The notes: generated by a model not told the origin, from the sequence alone. 64,000 bases of DNA from Antedon mediterranea (GCF_964355755.1 NC_092671.1:32746304-32810303); one strand, 5' to 3'; positions 51,301-63,562 are shown, counted from the first letter of the stretch. A program made the numbers and translations.

Positions 51301-53459
51301 TCTTCCCAATGTATTCCATATTTTAAGCTCTTCCCAATGTATTCCATATTTTAAGCTCTTCCCTATGTATTCCATATTTTAAGCTCTTCCCTATGTATTC
51401 CATATTTTAAGCTCTTCTCTATGTATTCCATATTTTAAGCTCTTCTCTATGTATTCCATATTTTATGCTCATTCCTATGTATTCCATATTTTAAGCTCTT
51501 CCCTATGTATTTCCATATTTTAAACTCTTTCCTATGTATTTCCATATTTTAAGCTCTTCCCTATGTATTCCATATTTTAAGCTCTTTCCTAAGTTTTCTA
51601 TTTTTTAAACTCTTCCATGTGTTTTCTCCATTTTTAAACTTCTTTTTTTATTATTTTCAGTGAGGCAATAGTATCTCAGGTTCTGGATGAGCTTGGTTTA
51701 TCACTAGGAGATGAATTAGCAGGTAAGGAAATTGCATCAATTGATTACTAAAATAAGATCTTTTACAACAGTTTGGAATAAAAAGTGTGCGTCATATAGT
51801 TGGTTGGTTCACTAACTGGTGGGTAGGTCTCACTTGGGTAAAAGCTGTTGAGTTCTTCACACTTCATCATCTTGTGTTATTGGGCAAGAATCTTCACTCT
51901 CATCTTTTAGTGGGAAGTGAAGCCATGTGTGTTTTAATGACAGCATTCTTGCTGGTGTCAGTTATTTCCTTATTGATTGCATTATAGCATCAATGAAGGT
52001 AATGTCACATACTAAATCAACTGATTTATCTTCAGATGGAATGATGGTAAACAGAATATGTGGTTTCACACTCTCTTAGGGTATGTTCAGACTCACGGAG
52101 TTACGGTGGAGTTATCTACGCAAGGCGTACGGTAATCCGTGGCGTTAAAAGTCAAGGTGTTCAGACACAACGATTAGCATTCCAAACGTCTTGCGTTTAA
52201 AGCGGAAGTTCCGTCATACCGAAACGGCCGATGGGATACATACACACAATAACAACAACAGAGCTGAGAGTGACACGCGCGAAAGTTTACAACACTAGCT
52301 AGGCCTAGCAATATAATACAATGTTACCTTCAAATGTAATGGTTTTTTTGCCGATTTTTTTTGCAAATCCTTACAGAAGATAGTCATTTCGAACATAATT
52401 ATTACACGGACAATGACTTTGCCATTATTTGTATGATTTTAATTAATTTTGTGAAATCATGTCGCCGACGCCAACTTCGTCAGGAAGAATTTTGCAGTTT
52501 AGATGCAATTTCTTTAAAAACAGCCATCTTGTTGCCGGCGCTAGCTTTCCAATTTCTAATTTTTATCTTGTCTATAAATTCAGGGCTGCCCCATAATGAA
52601 ATCAAATCAGCCACTTCTGTACTTTTCCATGTAACACGTTTCATTTTAATTCGAATGTTGCTGTTGATCTACTAGCTCGAGGAACAGGCTATATTGTTTT
52701 GCTATTAAAAAAAACCTCGCGAATAGACTGCTGCTAATTGCGGTCGTGTCTTTTCATTGGCTGACGTTGACCGGAGGTTGAAATCACTGATGCATCAATG
52801 GATTAGCCTTATGAAATCTACCCTCTCCCGCTGGAGTTATTAACGCCACTGGCGCGGAGTAACAGCTCCCTAACGCTAATCCGCGGCATGGTTCAGACAC
52901 AAAAATATGTACGCCGCGTACATAACTCCACCGTAACTCCGTGAGTCTGAACATACCCTTAAGCTCTGTCTACACTATCAAAATGTGATGTGCCCAAATA
53001 TGGTAGGGATATGCCCAAATATGGTAGTGATATGACATCATCATGTCCATATATGGGCACATCACATTTTTTTGTCACATAAAGTTTATAGTGTAGACAG
53101 AACATAAGCTTAGAATTCTGTATATTGAAAACCATCACATGACCAAATAAAAAAATATACTGTACATTTATGCCACCTTTTAAACAGAAACTACAAAAGT
53201 GGTCAGTTGTTTCTAGACTCTAAGGCTGGTCCTTCTAAAGAGACTTTTAATATAAAAAAAAATAAAAGAAAACTCAACGAAAGGGACCACCGAAAGAAAA
53301 AAATCACCTATATAAAATGTTATTTCATTTGTATCAGGTTTACCCGGCACAGGATCAGCATTGAATGCATCAACTAAAGATAAGGTACCAGTAGCTGAGG
53401 GTGACATGGATGCTGATGCTGACTTACAAGCTAGGTTGGATAATTTAAGAAGAGATTAA
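48347..53459 (+). CDS. CHMP2A: Charged multivesicular body protein 2a (ESCRT-III, Vps2), 220 aa
   Basis: Exons 48347-48514, 49189-49368, 49765-49895, 51661-51722, 53338-53459 (663 nt). MDFLFGKRKTPEQMLRQNQRALNKAMRDLD..DAVKIMAKDLVRTRRYV..KLPQVQKIMMEFEKQSE..DADLQARLDNLRRD (MIM1 end). Confidence 0.97.
50038..51590. repeat. ~28-bp minisatellite (ATGTATTCCATATTTTAAGCTCTTCCCT), ~55 copies
   Basis: Tandem units with small length variants filling most of a CHMP2A intron. Confidence 0.95.
52079..52958 (-). mobile_element. Non-autonomous PIF/Harbinger element with Myb/SANT remnant
   Basis: ~35-bp perfect TIR GGGTATGTTCAGACTCACGGAGTTACGGTGGAGTTAT, 3-bp TSD TTA; minus-strand MKRVTWKSTEVADLISLWG..NKMAVFKEIASKLQ (52644-52480). 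Confidence 0.8.
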
Positions 53460-56400
53460 CACAGCAAATCCATAGACTTTTTTTACTAAATTAATTATTT
53501 GCTGTTCTGCACCTCTTGATGGAGTTAACAAGGAAATTGAATGAAGGTGATAGTTCAATTTGGGGCCAAGATCCAGATATGAGCGCTCACTGGTTAAACC
53601 CAGAGGCCCTGGAAACAAGATGCATTCAAATAATGTAAACAAATACTGAAAACACACAAGGCCTCCAGTGTTGTGTTATTATTTGGTCACACTTTTCTTC
53701 TAAAATGTCACTTCTCCAATTTGTGACTTTTGATGATACAGAACAAACAGGGCTGACAATAATCACCAAATCCACAATTTGTTTCTACATTCTACCCGAT
53801 ACATCAGCTGTATCATGGCTAGCGGCAATAAACATCCTGCATTATCTTGTCTTCTGACAGCTATCCTCATCCCATATGTGATGGTGTAGTGTAGTGAGAG
53901 ATTATGTAGAAAGCTAGGCCAAGTTAATATACATTTGGTGCTATGGTATGGCCCAGTTGCCGTGAACAGACACAATACTGTAGGATATTTATTGCCTCTA
54001 GACATGATACCAGAATGGTTTTGTCATTTAATTTGTTGATTTTGTATCACATGCATTGAAGGTCAATTTGTACACAAATTGAGTTTTTTGTGCCTAGACC
54101 TAAATATTGATTCAGGATAGATAGAAGCGGCTGATTAGTTGAACACAAATTTACTTGAGAACAGTAAATATCTATACAACAAACAATTAGTGTTTTGTAT
54201 GCTTTGAATGTAAAGAACATTTTTCCTTTCGACTCACAAATTATTTGTACATTATGTATATAATGTTGCCGATAAGAGAGTATAAAATATAATAATTCTC
54301 CAAAATTAAATTGATTCTAACTTTTTCTAATGAATTAGAATTAATATTTTAACATTGGTTATAACATTAGAAATGTTTTTTTTTAGTTTATTTCCTCTTT
54401 AGACCAATCTTTCTCTCCAATGCTATTAAAATAACTGTTCGACCAATGACAGAGAATATTTATTCGAATAAACGCCCCTCATGAGGTGTTTTAGGGGGAG
54501 TTTTTTCGTGAGAAGATCATTGATTCCAAATGATGTTCTACACAGGGGACGTTTATTCGAATGAAAATATGGTATAAATTTTTATCATTCTGTCAAACTT
54601 AAGATTATCTTATAAATAGCCAAATGATGCCATACAGAAATGATGTTTTATACTCTAGATATAACATTTTAATTAAAATATAATTGTTAAATTAAGAAAT
54701 GAAAAGTAAATTATAAATTTAGTTCTTTGAATGAAAAATGAATCGATTTTTTCAAACTGTTTGATGAATACGCATATACAGTTTACATAAGCATATTTTG
54801 TACAGCATCTATGAAATCTATTATAAATAACGTGAAAGACAATTATGAGGTTTGATATTTTATGTTGTAGGCCTATATCAGTCAAAAGCTATTTGAGGGA
54901 ATTGAAAAATTCGTGAAAAAAATAATGTGTACTGATAATAATATTCCATCCGGTCGAATTTTAATGTTCTTAATTGTACATACGTAATTTTAGTATTGGT
55001 CGATGCCGAACTGACGTAGCTTACTCCATCAAACAAAATTCACACAATGTCTAGGCGATCATGCAGCTTGCCTAAACATAGGAAGTAGCTCCAGACCCAC
55101 CCTTCATTCAATCAAGGCAATCTAACATACAGTTAGCTGAGCTCCGGAGATCGGAGGGTTTATCTGTGGCTGTGACACGATCAGTTCCACACCCCTAAAC
55201 AGGCACCGCGCGCCACGGTATGTATACAGTACTGGTGGTACTGTGTTTGTCGCAGCCAGACATAAGATAAAGGAACTCCTATCTTGCCTTGCTTCAATTG
55301 TGTACGTGTCGAATGTCACCGGCAAACCATGCAGTTAACAAACTTCGGCAGAAAACCAGTTTGCAGAAGTATAGGCCTACGCTAGTAAAACAGTTTGAAA
55401 ACTCGAGCAAAGAAATAAATTGCCTTGCTCCGAGTTTACAAACAAAAAATCGATACATTTTCTAGTGTAGACACACTTTTGCCATTTATTTCAAAAACGT
55501 TTTAGTCATCGCAATGCAATACGATATCATTGGCCATCGAGTTAATTGTTGGTTCCGATTCTGATACAACCATGAAACGCCGACCGATACAACCATGAAA
55601 CGCCGACCCAACATACATTTACTTATTATACTAATGGTTCTCTAAAACAATATGTCTTTTTTATTTGCTATGGAAATTACAGTTACAATTGTAGACGATT
55701 TTCAGGGTGGGAATATTCTTTTCAGTTTTTATTAATAACTTCATAAATTTAAATTGTGTTTTTTTATACATTAATTGTGCCCATCATACCTATTGCTCAT
55801 ATTTTGGAATTTCCAAAAGTGTAATGTAGAAATTAATATGTATCACTTGAAGAAAGCCTTCCAATTTTTTTGTGTTACCAATTGTGCATATAGAATACCG
55901 GTACGGTTAGGAAGATCCTATACAGACGGACCACAACACTTCTTGTCAAGACGAAAAGGTTGGTTGAAAATACGTCCAAATAGAACAAACCTTTTTTTTT
56001 AAAGTTATTCCTCCTTCATTCCCTTGAAAGAATATAGTAGTAATGTCTCTCTTCCCCCACTCCCCACAACCCCTAAAATGGTATACAATGTTTCAGTCGT
56101 GACTTAAAATGTCGTCACCTGACTCGACACTGTTTGTAGATGTTTTTCGGTTAATACTATATGACTATTCTTACAAATTTAATTGATAGGTAAAACTCAT
56201 ACCAACCACTCAAACTCATACCAAGCATAAAGCGTTAAATTCATTTGTTTAAATCAGTTTATGCTATTACGTAACATTTCAAGACATAAATGACAGCCCA
56301 ATTTGTTTGAGAGTAAATTGGTAGCTTTTATTAATCTATTGTAAAGTCATCGTTTACTGCTTTTCATATAGAAATGTTTGTTGGTTTTTTTATTTTGTAC

Positions 56401-56955
56401 TTGTATTCTGAAATATGAAAAAAAGAAACTTAGAATGTCATTTTACTTACCTTTGCAATGTTTAAACGTACATCATTTGACTTCGTTTATTTATTTCTTT
56501 CTTTTTATTCAATTACTTAAAGATATATTGTCCCGCAGAATTTTGTTTTCTTTCAATTGTTTGTGGAATATGCCATTTTAATGTCATATAGTAGTTATTC
56601 ACTTTGACCAAAAACTGGATTTAAAAAAAATATTTACCTGCAAACAATTTAATTAGCAAAAAAAATACGCAACTTGTCTGTCAGAGACAATGGGTTAGGT
56701 TAAAATTAACTGTTTATTTTGTCTTTTTATAAGTAAAATAATTATTTTGTTTCTACGGAAAGTCTAATTATTAATCTTCATTTTTCATGTTTTGAGGACA
56801 ATACATTTTTTTAATGATACTGCCTCTTTATTCACTGAAAGCTTATTAATTAAGAATTTAGGCCTGGAATGTATTCTTTTAAACTGTATAAATATGCTCA
56901 GAAAGTCTTAATTTTGTAATAAATACTGCATTTTTTGCTACCACTATCAAGCAAA

Positions 56956-59900
56956 ATGGCCGCTGCTGGAGTTCCGACGACGGAATTAAATATCTATCCA
57001 GTTAAGGAGGATAAGTTTCCTTTTAAAGACTATGTTCCAGAAGAATTGGGATGTTTTTCAATCGATAAGAATTGCAAACCGCATATGGATAACCGAATGT
57101 TGAAGTACCTGTATACACCTCCTGGAAGTCAGGGTCACGTATATAATTTGAGAGATGGCTACGATACATTTCATAACCATGACGATCGTTTGACCAAAAA
57201 AATCAATAATATCATAAAATGGATTGCGGAAAATAAGAATCTTTTTGAGTTAGAGATGAAGAAAGGTGACGATGATAGCAGACTAATAAAAAGGTAAGAA
57301 GAATTACGACGAGTTGGTTATATGCGCTCTGAAAACGACACAAGTATAAGGACGCTTTCCACTTATATAGTTTTGGAACAAGAGAACCAGTGCCAGATGT
57401 ATCTGGTTATTGAATTAACCGGAGCACTGAATTCTTTCCACGACAGAAAAAAGAATCTAAACAATATAGGCTAGGTCCACTTTTTATCATATTTTTATTC
57501 TGGCATCAAATTTTACGTTAAATATATCGGAAATTGACAAGATTATGGGCCCGTAATCTGATTTTACTGTATAAAACAATTGTGTTAAAGTATAAATATA
57601 TAAATCAATCAATTTCAAGTTTATTTCGGAAATATTTCATCCATATCAAAAACGAACAAACAGAAAAAGAAGAAATAAAATTTTAATTTTTTTTTGTTAT
57701 TACTAAAACTGTAAAACAAAGACCTCATTGTTAATTCATTCTAAAGCAGCTCTGTCTGCACTATCACACTACTGTGACAAAAAGTGTGATGTGCACAAAT
57801 ATCATTTTTTGTAACATAAAGTTCGATAGTGTAGACAGAGCTTTAGCTGAGCAAGCTTTATTATTTAGTTTAGTTTAGTTATAATGGGAAAGTTTAGGCG
57901 ATGTGCCTTTTTAAACCCCATATCAACTACATTGTGTCGATGCGATTCTTGAAGGTATTAGCGGTCTCAGAATTGACAACGTCGGCTGGTAAACTGTTCC
58001 AATGGTTTATTACTCGTTGCGAGAAGGTATGTCTTCTACAGTTCAATCCTTTATGGAAAGTAGGCTTGAAAAATCTCAGGTGATGCCCTCGAGTAATTCT
58101 GCTAATGTTACTTCTCATTTGGAAAAAGTCATCCTTGGCTACACCCTCGAAACCTTTAACAATTTTATATGCTTCAATCAGGTCACCTCGAATTCTTCTG
58201 TCATACAAGGTTGTTAGGCCAAGAAACTTTAAACGATCTTCATATGAATATGAACGGATACATGGAACTAATTTAGTCGCACGACGTTGTACTCTTTCAA
58301 TTACATTTATGTCCTTTTGAAGATACGGATTCCATACTTGAACACAAAATTCGAGATGTGGGCGTACATAATGCTTGTAGATGACGTTAAAACAATCCTT
58401 ATCCATATATACGAAAGTCCTTCTGATGCTTCTTAAACAGTTCATGGCCCGCTGAGATACTTTGGCGCAGTGTTGGCTTGGTTTACAGTCATTAGTAATT
58501 AGTACTCCTAGGTCCTTTATTTTCTCAACTGTTTCCAGTTCAACTTCATCTATTTGGTATTTAAAATGAACATTTGAATGCCCAAAGTGCATCACCATGC
58601 ATTTGCTTTTATTAAAAGCCAACATCCATTCTTTACTCCACTGCAGTGCATTGTTTAAAGATTCTTGTAATAATTGCCCATCATTTCTGTTGTTAACTAC
58701 TGAGTAGATCTTTGTATCATCAGCAAATAGCTTTATATGACTAGACACATACTTTGGTAGGTCATTTATATATAATGCAAACAATGTAGGGCCCAACACC
58801 GAGCCTTGTGGAACTCCACTAATTACATCAGCCCAACTGGAAGAAGCATGACGCACTTTGACTCTTTGTTGTCTGTTATCAAGAAAATCTTTAATCCATA
58901 ATAACAATTGACCTTTGATTCCATAGCTCTCCAATTTCATGAGTAATCTCCTATGAGGAACGCTGTCGAAAGCTTTACTATAGTCCAAAAATATGACATC
59001 AACATTATTGTTGTCATCCAAAGCCTTAGTAACATCTTCCATAAATTCTAAAAGATTTGTCAGACATGATTTCTTCTCAACAAAACCATGTTGCTCTGTT
59101 GTTAGTATTGCATTGTTCTTAACATGTCGTAGTATGTTGTTACGAATAATATGTTCAAAGATCTTGCAAATAATACATGTCAGGCTTATCGGTCGATAAT
59201 TGGACGCTTGTGATTTGCTGCCTTTCTTAAAGATCGGAGAGACATCAGCTCGTTTCCATATTTTTGGTAGCTTACCTTCCTCTGTAGACTTCTTGAATAA
59301 AAAATACAAGGGTTCTGATAACTCCTCAGCACACTTGTTAAGTAGACATGGATTGATGTTGTCTGGACCAGGACTTTTATCGATTTTCAAACCTCGGAGT
59401 TGCTTAAAAACATCTTCTTGGGAGAACTCAATATTTTCAACTGATTTGTCACAAGTATCATAATTAAAATTGGTTATGTCTTCGTCAGGATCTTCTTTGG
59501 TGAAAAATGTTTGGAAGCATTTGTTGAGTTCCTCACTAATTTCGTAGTCAGTTTCCAAGGTTAGCCCATCATTATTTACTAATTTTGTTATTCCAGTCTT
59601 TACTTTCTGTTTCGATCTAACATACTTATGAAAGTTCTTTGGTTTGTTTTTGAATTCCATCAAGATTTTTTTTTCGAAGGTAGCTTGAGCGTTCCTTACA
59701 GCTTGCCTAGTACGATTGTTCTGTTTCTTGTAAGCCATATGATCTCTCTCGTTTTGTGTTTCTCTGAAGCTTTTGTACAGTTGATATTTCTTTTTTACTG
59801 ATTTTTTAACAGCTGATGTCATCCAGGGTTTATTCTGACCTTTACTACGAGTACTCCCAAATGTAGGAATATATAACTCAGTCATATTACACAATACTTC

Positions 59901-62900
59901 ATTAATACTGTTGTACATTTCATCGGTAGTTTGATTATCAAATTCATCGGACCAATTGATATTACTCAGTTCACGCTTTATGCTTATATAATCGCCTTTG
60001 TTGTAGTTGTGAAATGACTTGGTTTCCTTACTGGGAATATCAAGTTTATAGACGTACTGCCAAAACAAACAATCGTGGTCACTTTTCCCTAAAGGGGGTA
60101 AATGTAGTAGGTTAGATACCTTAAAATCATCATCAGTAATAATAAGGTCCAATTGGGATGATCTTTGTCCCTCTCTGTGTCGCGTATTACTCTTGACATG
60201 TTGCACCAAGTATAAATCGTTGATTATTTCAAAAAAAGTGTTTGATGGATGTGTAACGCTAGCATTAACCAACATATCCTTCCAATTAATTTCTTTAAGG
60301 TTAAAATCTCCAATTATCAACACGTGGTCAGATTGTACTGATTCAATAAAGCGTAGTTGGTAAAACAATTGCTCATTTTCATCAGGTGTGTTGTACATAC
60401 TCCTATAGCAAAGACCTATCAGAACTTTATTATGTTTATCAACTTCCACAGTACACCATAGCGATTCAGGATTTAATTGACACAATTCATTACAAATGGT
60501 AACATGTAGTTTCTCATTAACATATAATAACAATCCACCATGCGCTTTATTCGCTCTTTCCTTGCGAAACAAATTGTAACCTTTCATTGCTATTTCAGCG
60601 TCTAGCACATTATCGCTCAACCATGTTTCAGTAATACCAATTATGTGCGGTTTCCTTTCTTCTATCAAAACAAAAAATTCGCTTCGTTTGTTCAAAAACC
60701 CTTCTGCGTTGGTATAAAAACAACTTAAATATTCTTCTTGGGGTGCAAGTTCAAAATCGTGTTCAACAAAAGTATTGTCTCTGAACGAAATATCTTCTTC
60801 TAAGTCAAAATCTTCTTGTAAAAATAAAGGTGCTGTGCGATTAGGTTCATTTATATTCTTAGTGGTCACGAAAGGATTGCACTGATACAATCTTCCTCTT
60901 CCTTATAATAACGTTCTCACCTTTATCTCTACGTAGCCTTAACTGAGCTCTCAATTTACTACTTTCTTCTCTTTGAGATGGTGTGAGATCCGGTGTGAGG
61001 AATATTCTATCGTAGCCTTTATTTACCGCTTGCTTTAAGCCCTTAGCTTTTTTCAGAATTTCTCTCTTGACTTCAACTCCATCTACAGTTATTCGAAGCA
61101 ATCGTGGTTTCTCATCATTTCGCTTAGTTCCAAGTCTAATCGGTTTTGATATTGTCGTATTTACATTCAGAAAATTAAGTACTTCAGTAGCCTTTACTCT
61201 ATCTTGTTCCTTCCTCGCATCTACGTCATCAGTTCCCACTTCCGGCACATTATGCAATATGATATTATTTTCTCTTCTTTGTCTATCAAATCTCTCATCT
61301 ATGTAGACTTTCACTTTTTCTTCCACTATCTTCTCAATATTCTCATCTTTTTTTTCTATAGATTCAACAAGTTTCTGAATTGTCATAGTGATATTATCTA
61401 ACCGTTCAGTTAGTTTCACAAAGTTCTCTTCACCACTTGGCCTATTTTCGCCATCTTTAACCAACTTAGAAACTTGGCCTGAGCAGCTATCACAAAACCA
61501 CATTAGATTCTGTCTACCCTTTTCAAGGGCCTTATATTCAGAATTATTCATACCTGAACAGGTTTGATGTGTCCATTCTAAACATTTCTGGCATTCAATT
61601 GACTTTTCTCCACCAATAATGTCGTCCTTACAACAATTACACTTCACAGTTTCATTGTCGCTGTTCCCGGTAGCTAGGCCTACGTTATCACTCACATGTC
61701 TGCTGTCGCGACGACTCTTGTCGCGAGTCCCACCACTCGGCGCTGATTTTACGCTACCGCGACTTGGGCCTGAATTTTTATTACTCATAATCTTAAAACA
61801 GGTTTCGAGTTCGTATATCTAATACGTGTAGTAGTATATAGGGTTTATTTAACACACACACCGCACAAAACAAACTCAAATTTAATAGCAGTCTGTCCGC
61901 CTAGCCAGAACGGAAGGTGCCTGTCACGATAAATATGGTCCGGGGCCAAAATCGGTCCGGCCGGACCAGTTTTGGCTCTAAAATTGTGGCCAAAAGCAGT
62001 CCGCCACTGCCAAAATCGGTCCGGGCTTTTCTTCTGTCGATTTTAATTGAATTACTAGGCCTATGATGCTGTTTTAAATTGTTTATGGCTATAAAAATAT
62101 CCCATGATATATATTAGTAAGTTATCTTGTCGGATAAATACTATAAATAAATGTATTTTATCTAAAAACATGACTTAGGTGTTCACTCATATTTTACGGC
62201 CTGCCACACACTCACATGAACGGGTATGAGACGCTGATATTGCCAGCTAGATTTGATTTATGATTGAGGCCTTTTTCCTTCCTCAGCCTAATCAATATTG
62301 GATAATTTTTTTCTAATAATTGTATTGAATTGATATATTGATTGATTAACCATGAATAATTAATAAATTAAATTGTTTTTAACATCATGGGGAAACGAAG
62401 ATGTTAAAAAAGAACAAAATGGATTAAAAACAGGCAGAGATACATATTGTATACAAAAAGCCTAACAATTAGTACTTATTATTGATGAGTTACTACTAAT
62501 AATGATAATAAAAAAAACAGGCTTAATTTATAATATTAAAATAACAAATAAAACCCCATAGTTTTCAATATAATGACTAATCATGGCCTTTTTTTTTAAT
62601 GATATATACATTATGACTCATATTGCGCACCATATATTTGTAAGACCGGACCATATTTGGCGGCCAAAAACAGTCCTACTGCCCGGACCGATTTTATCCA
62701 GGCCGGACCAGTTTTGGCGGCCAAAATTGGTCCGGCCGGACAGGTTTTGGCAGCCATAAATGGTCCCCCGGACTGATTTTGGCAGCCAAAACTGGTCCGC
62801 CGGACCGATTTTGGCCCGGACTAATTTTGGCGTGACATGCCTATTATGACAAATAAGACGTCATAGCAACATTCCATTTCAGATGAACCACAATCATGTG

Positions 62901-63562
62901 ACATGAATTACATTTTCAACTAAAGTGCTTGAATTGTAGTAAAAATGGGCGTGTTTTACGTGTGACGGATGCATCATATACCATAACCTAAGTCGTAATC
63001 TAACCTTCCACGATGCAGGCGCCACACAATGATCTGTATTATTATAGAATTATGCCTATGATACTGAACACATTATAGATACAGAATCGAGTGACATTGT
63101 GTGTGTGCGTGCAATTAATGCAAACATTTTTAGCACGCGACTCTACAGCTTACTATGTCGGTCGGTCGGTTGGTCGGTCGGTTGGTAAACACAATCTCAA
63201 ATTTGACCACGCGACAGCAGCCATGTACATGGCCTTGTTTTAAGATCGCAAACGTCGAAATACTCTCATTTCAGAATTTTAATTAAAAGTAGGCCTAGGC
63301 CTATATAGATTAACTTTATTCGTATACTTTTTTACTAGTTTAAATACAGACTTTGTATGTCGCCGAGGACATTTGGGGACAATAATGTACACACCATACA
63401 AACGAGAAGGATGGAAAATGGCTGTGATGTTGTTCGGTGGCACGTATTACATAAGTGAAGTGATAACAGAAGAGAAAAAAGCTTATGAGGAAAACAGGAC
63501 GGACATTGAAAGAAGAATGGAGTATGTGGGATATAAGTTTGAGCAATGTATTACTAGTCGGG
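56956..63562 (+). CDS. DXO: Decapping exoribonuclease DXO/Rai1/Dom3Z family, exons 1-2 (gene continues beyond window)
   Basis: Exon 56956-57293 (PEELGCFSID..LKYL..YNLRDGYDTF..IIKWI) joins in phase to 63339-63562 (DFVCRRGHLGTIMYTPY..GW..GTYYISE..GYKFEQ), matching DXO family motifs. Confidence 0.88.
57927..60890 (-). CDS. CR1 ORF2: APE endonuclease plus reverse transcriptase (no AUG start)
   Basis: YTNA, IGITETW, GDFN, SDH (APE); KSPGPD, NYRPISLT, DYSKAFDSVPH, GVPQGSVLGP, LFADD (RT); CR1-type C-terminus RGDLIEAYKI..TRGH..FSQRVINHWNSLP. Confidence 0.95.
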   Translation of the reverse strand: MYQCNPFVTTKNINEPNRTAPLFLQEDFDLEEDISFRDNTFVEHDFELAPQEEYLSCFYTNAEGFLNKRSEFFVLIEERKPHIIGITETWLSDNVLDAEIAMKGYNLFRKERANKAHGGLLLYVNEKLHVTICNELCQLNPESLWCTVEVDKHNKVLIGLCYRSMYNTPDENEQLFYQLRFIESVQSDHVLIIGDFNLKEINWKDMLVNASVTHPSNTFFEIINDLYLVQHVKSNTRHREGQRSSQLDLIITDDDFKVSNLLHLPPLGKSDHDCLFWQYVYKLDIPSKETKSFHNYNKGDYISIKRELSNINWSDEFDNQTTDEMYNSINEVLCNMTELYIPTFGSTRSKGQNKPWMTSAVKKSVKKKYQLYKSFRETQNERDHMAYKKQNNRTRQAVRNAQATFEKKILMEFKNKPKNFHKYVRSKQKVKTGITKLVNNDGLTLETDYEISEELNKCFQTFFTKEDPDEDITNFNYDTCDKSVENIEFSQEDVFKQLRGLKIDKSPGPDNINPCLLNKCAEELSEPLYFLFKKSTEEGKLPKIWKRADVSPIFKKGSKSQASNYRPISLTCIICKIFEHIIRNNILRHVKNNAILTTEQHGFVEKKSCLTNLLEFMEDVTKALDDNNNVDVIFLDYSKAFDSVPHRRLLMKLESYGIKGQLLLWIKDFLDNRQQRVKVRHASSSWADVISGVPQGSVLGPTLFALYINDLPKYVSSHIKLFADDTKIYSVVNNRNDGQLLQESLNNALQWSKEWMLAFNKSKCMVMHFGHSNVHFKYQIDEVELETVEKIKDLGVLITNDCKPSQHCAKVSQRAMNCLRSIRRTFVYMDKDCFNVIYKHYVRPHLEFCVQVWNPYLQKDINVIERVQRRATKLVPCIRSYSYEDRLKFLGLTTLYDRRIRGDLIEAYKIVKGFEGVAKDDFFQMRSNISRITRGHHLRFFKPTFHKGLNCRRHTFSQRVINHWNSLPADVVNSETANTFKNRIDTM
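60859..61788 (-). CDS. CR1 ORF1: PHD finger, coiled coil and RRM-like region
   Basis: CNCC..IECQKCLEWTHQTC..WFCDSC (PHD); RRENNIILHNVPE, IRLG..KPRLLRIT, IFLTPDLT typical of invertebrate CR1 ORF1. Confidence 0.92.
   Translation of the reverse strand: MSNKNSGPSRGSVKSAPSGGTRDKSRRDSRHVSDNVGLATGNSDNETVKCNCCKDDIIGGEKSIECQKCLEWTHQTCSGMNNSEYKALEKGRQNLMWFCDSCSGQVSKLVKDGENRPSGEENFVKLTERLDNITMTIQKLVESIEKKDENIEKIVEEKVKVYIDERFDRQRRENNIILHNVPEVGTDDVDARKEQDRVKATEVLNFLNVNTTISKPIRLGTKRNDEKPRLLRITVDGVEVKREILKKAKGLKQAVNKGYDRIFLTPDLTPSQREESSKLRAQLRLRRDKGENVIIRKRKIVSVQSFRDH
61922..62837. mobile_element. Non-autonomous TGT...ACA element (Ginger-like)
   Basis: TGTCACG...CGTGACA termini, 4-bp TSD TGCC (61918-61921, 62838-62841), subterminal GGTCCG/CCGGACC repeats at both ends. 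Confidence 0.7.

Larger units (their letters stand above)
57865..61921 (-). mobile_element. Full-length CR1-clade LINE, antisense in DXO intron 1
   Basis: Two uninterrupted ORFs, short 3' UTR ending in (AACTA)n, ~130-bp 5' UTR; candidate TSD TATTAT (57859-57864, 62842-62847) once the adjacent MITE is removed. Confidence 0.93.

Noticed and set aside
50038-51590. CRISPR array or coding repeat
   Set aside because: No spacers, intronic position, and no long ORF.
60888-60890. TTG as the ORF2 start codon
   Set aside because: A product of the ORF caller's alternative starts; non-AUG reinitiation is not excluded but has no direct support here.
57901-61822. Plus-strand ORFs within the LINE
   Set aside because: Antisense shadows of ORF1 and ORF2.
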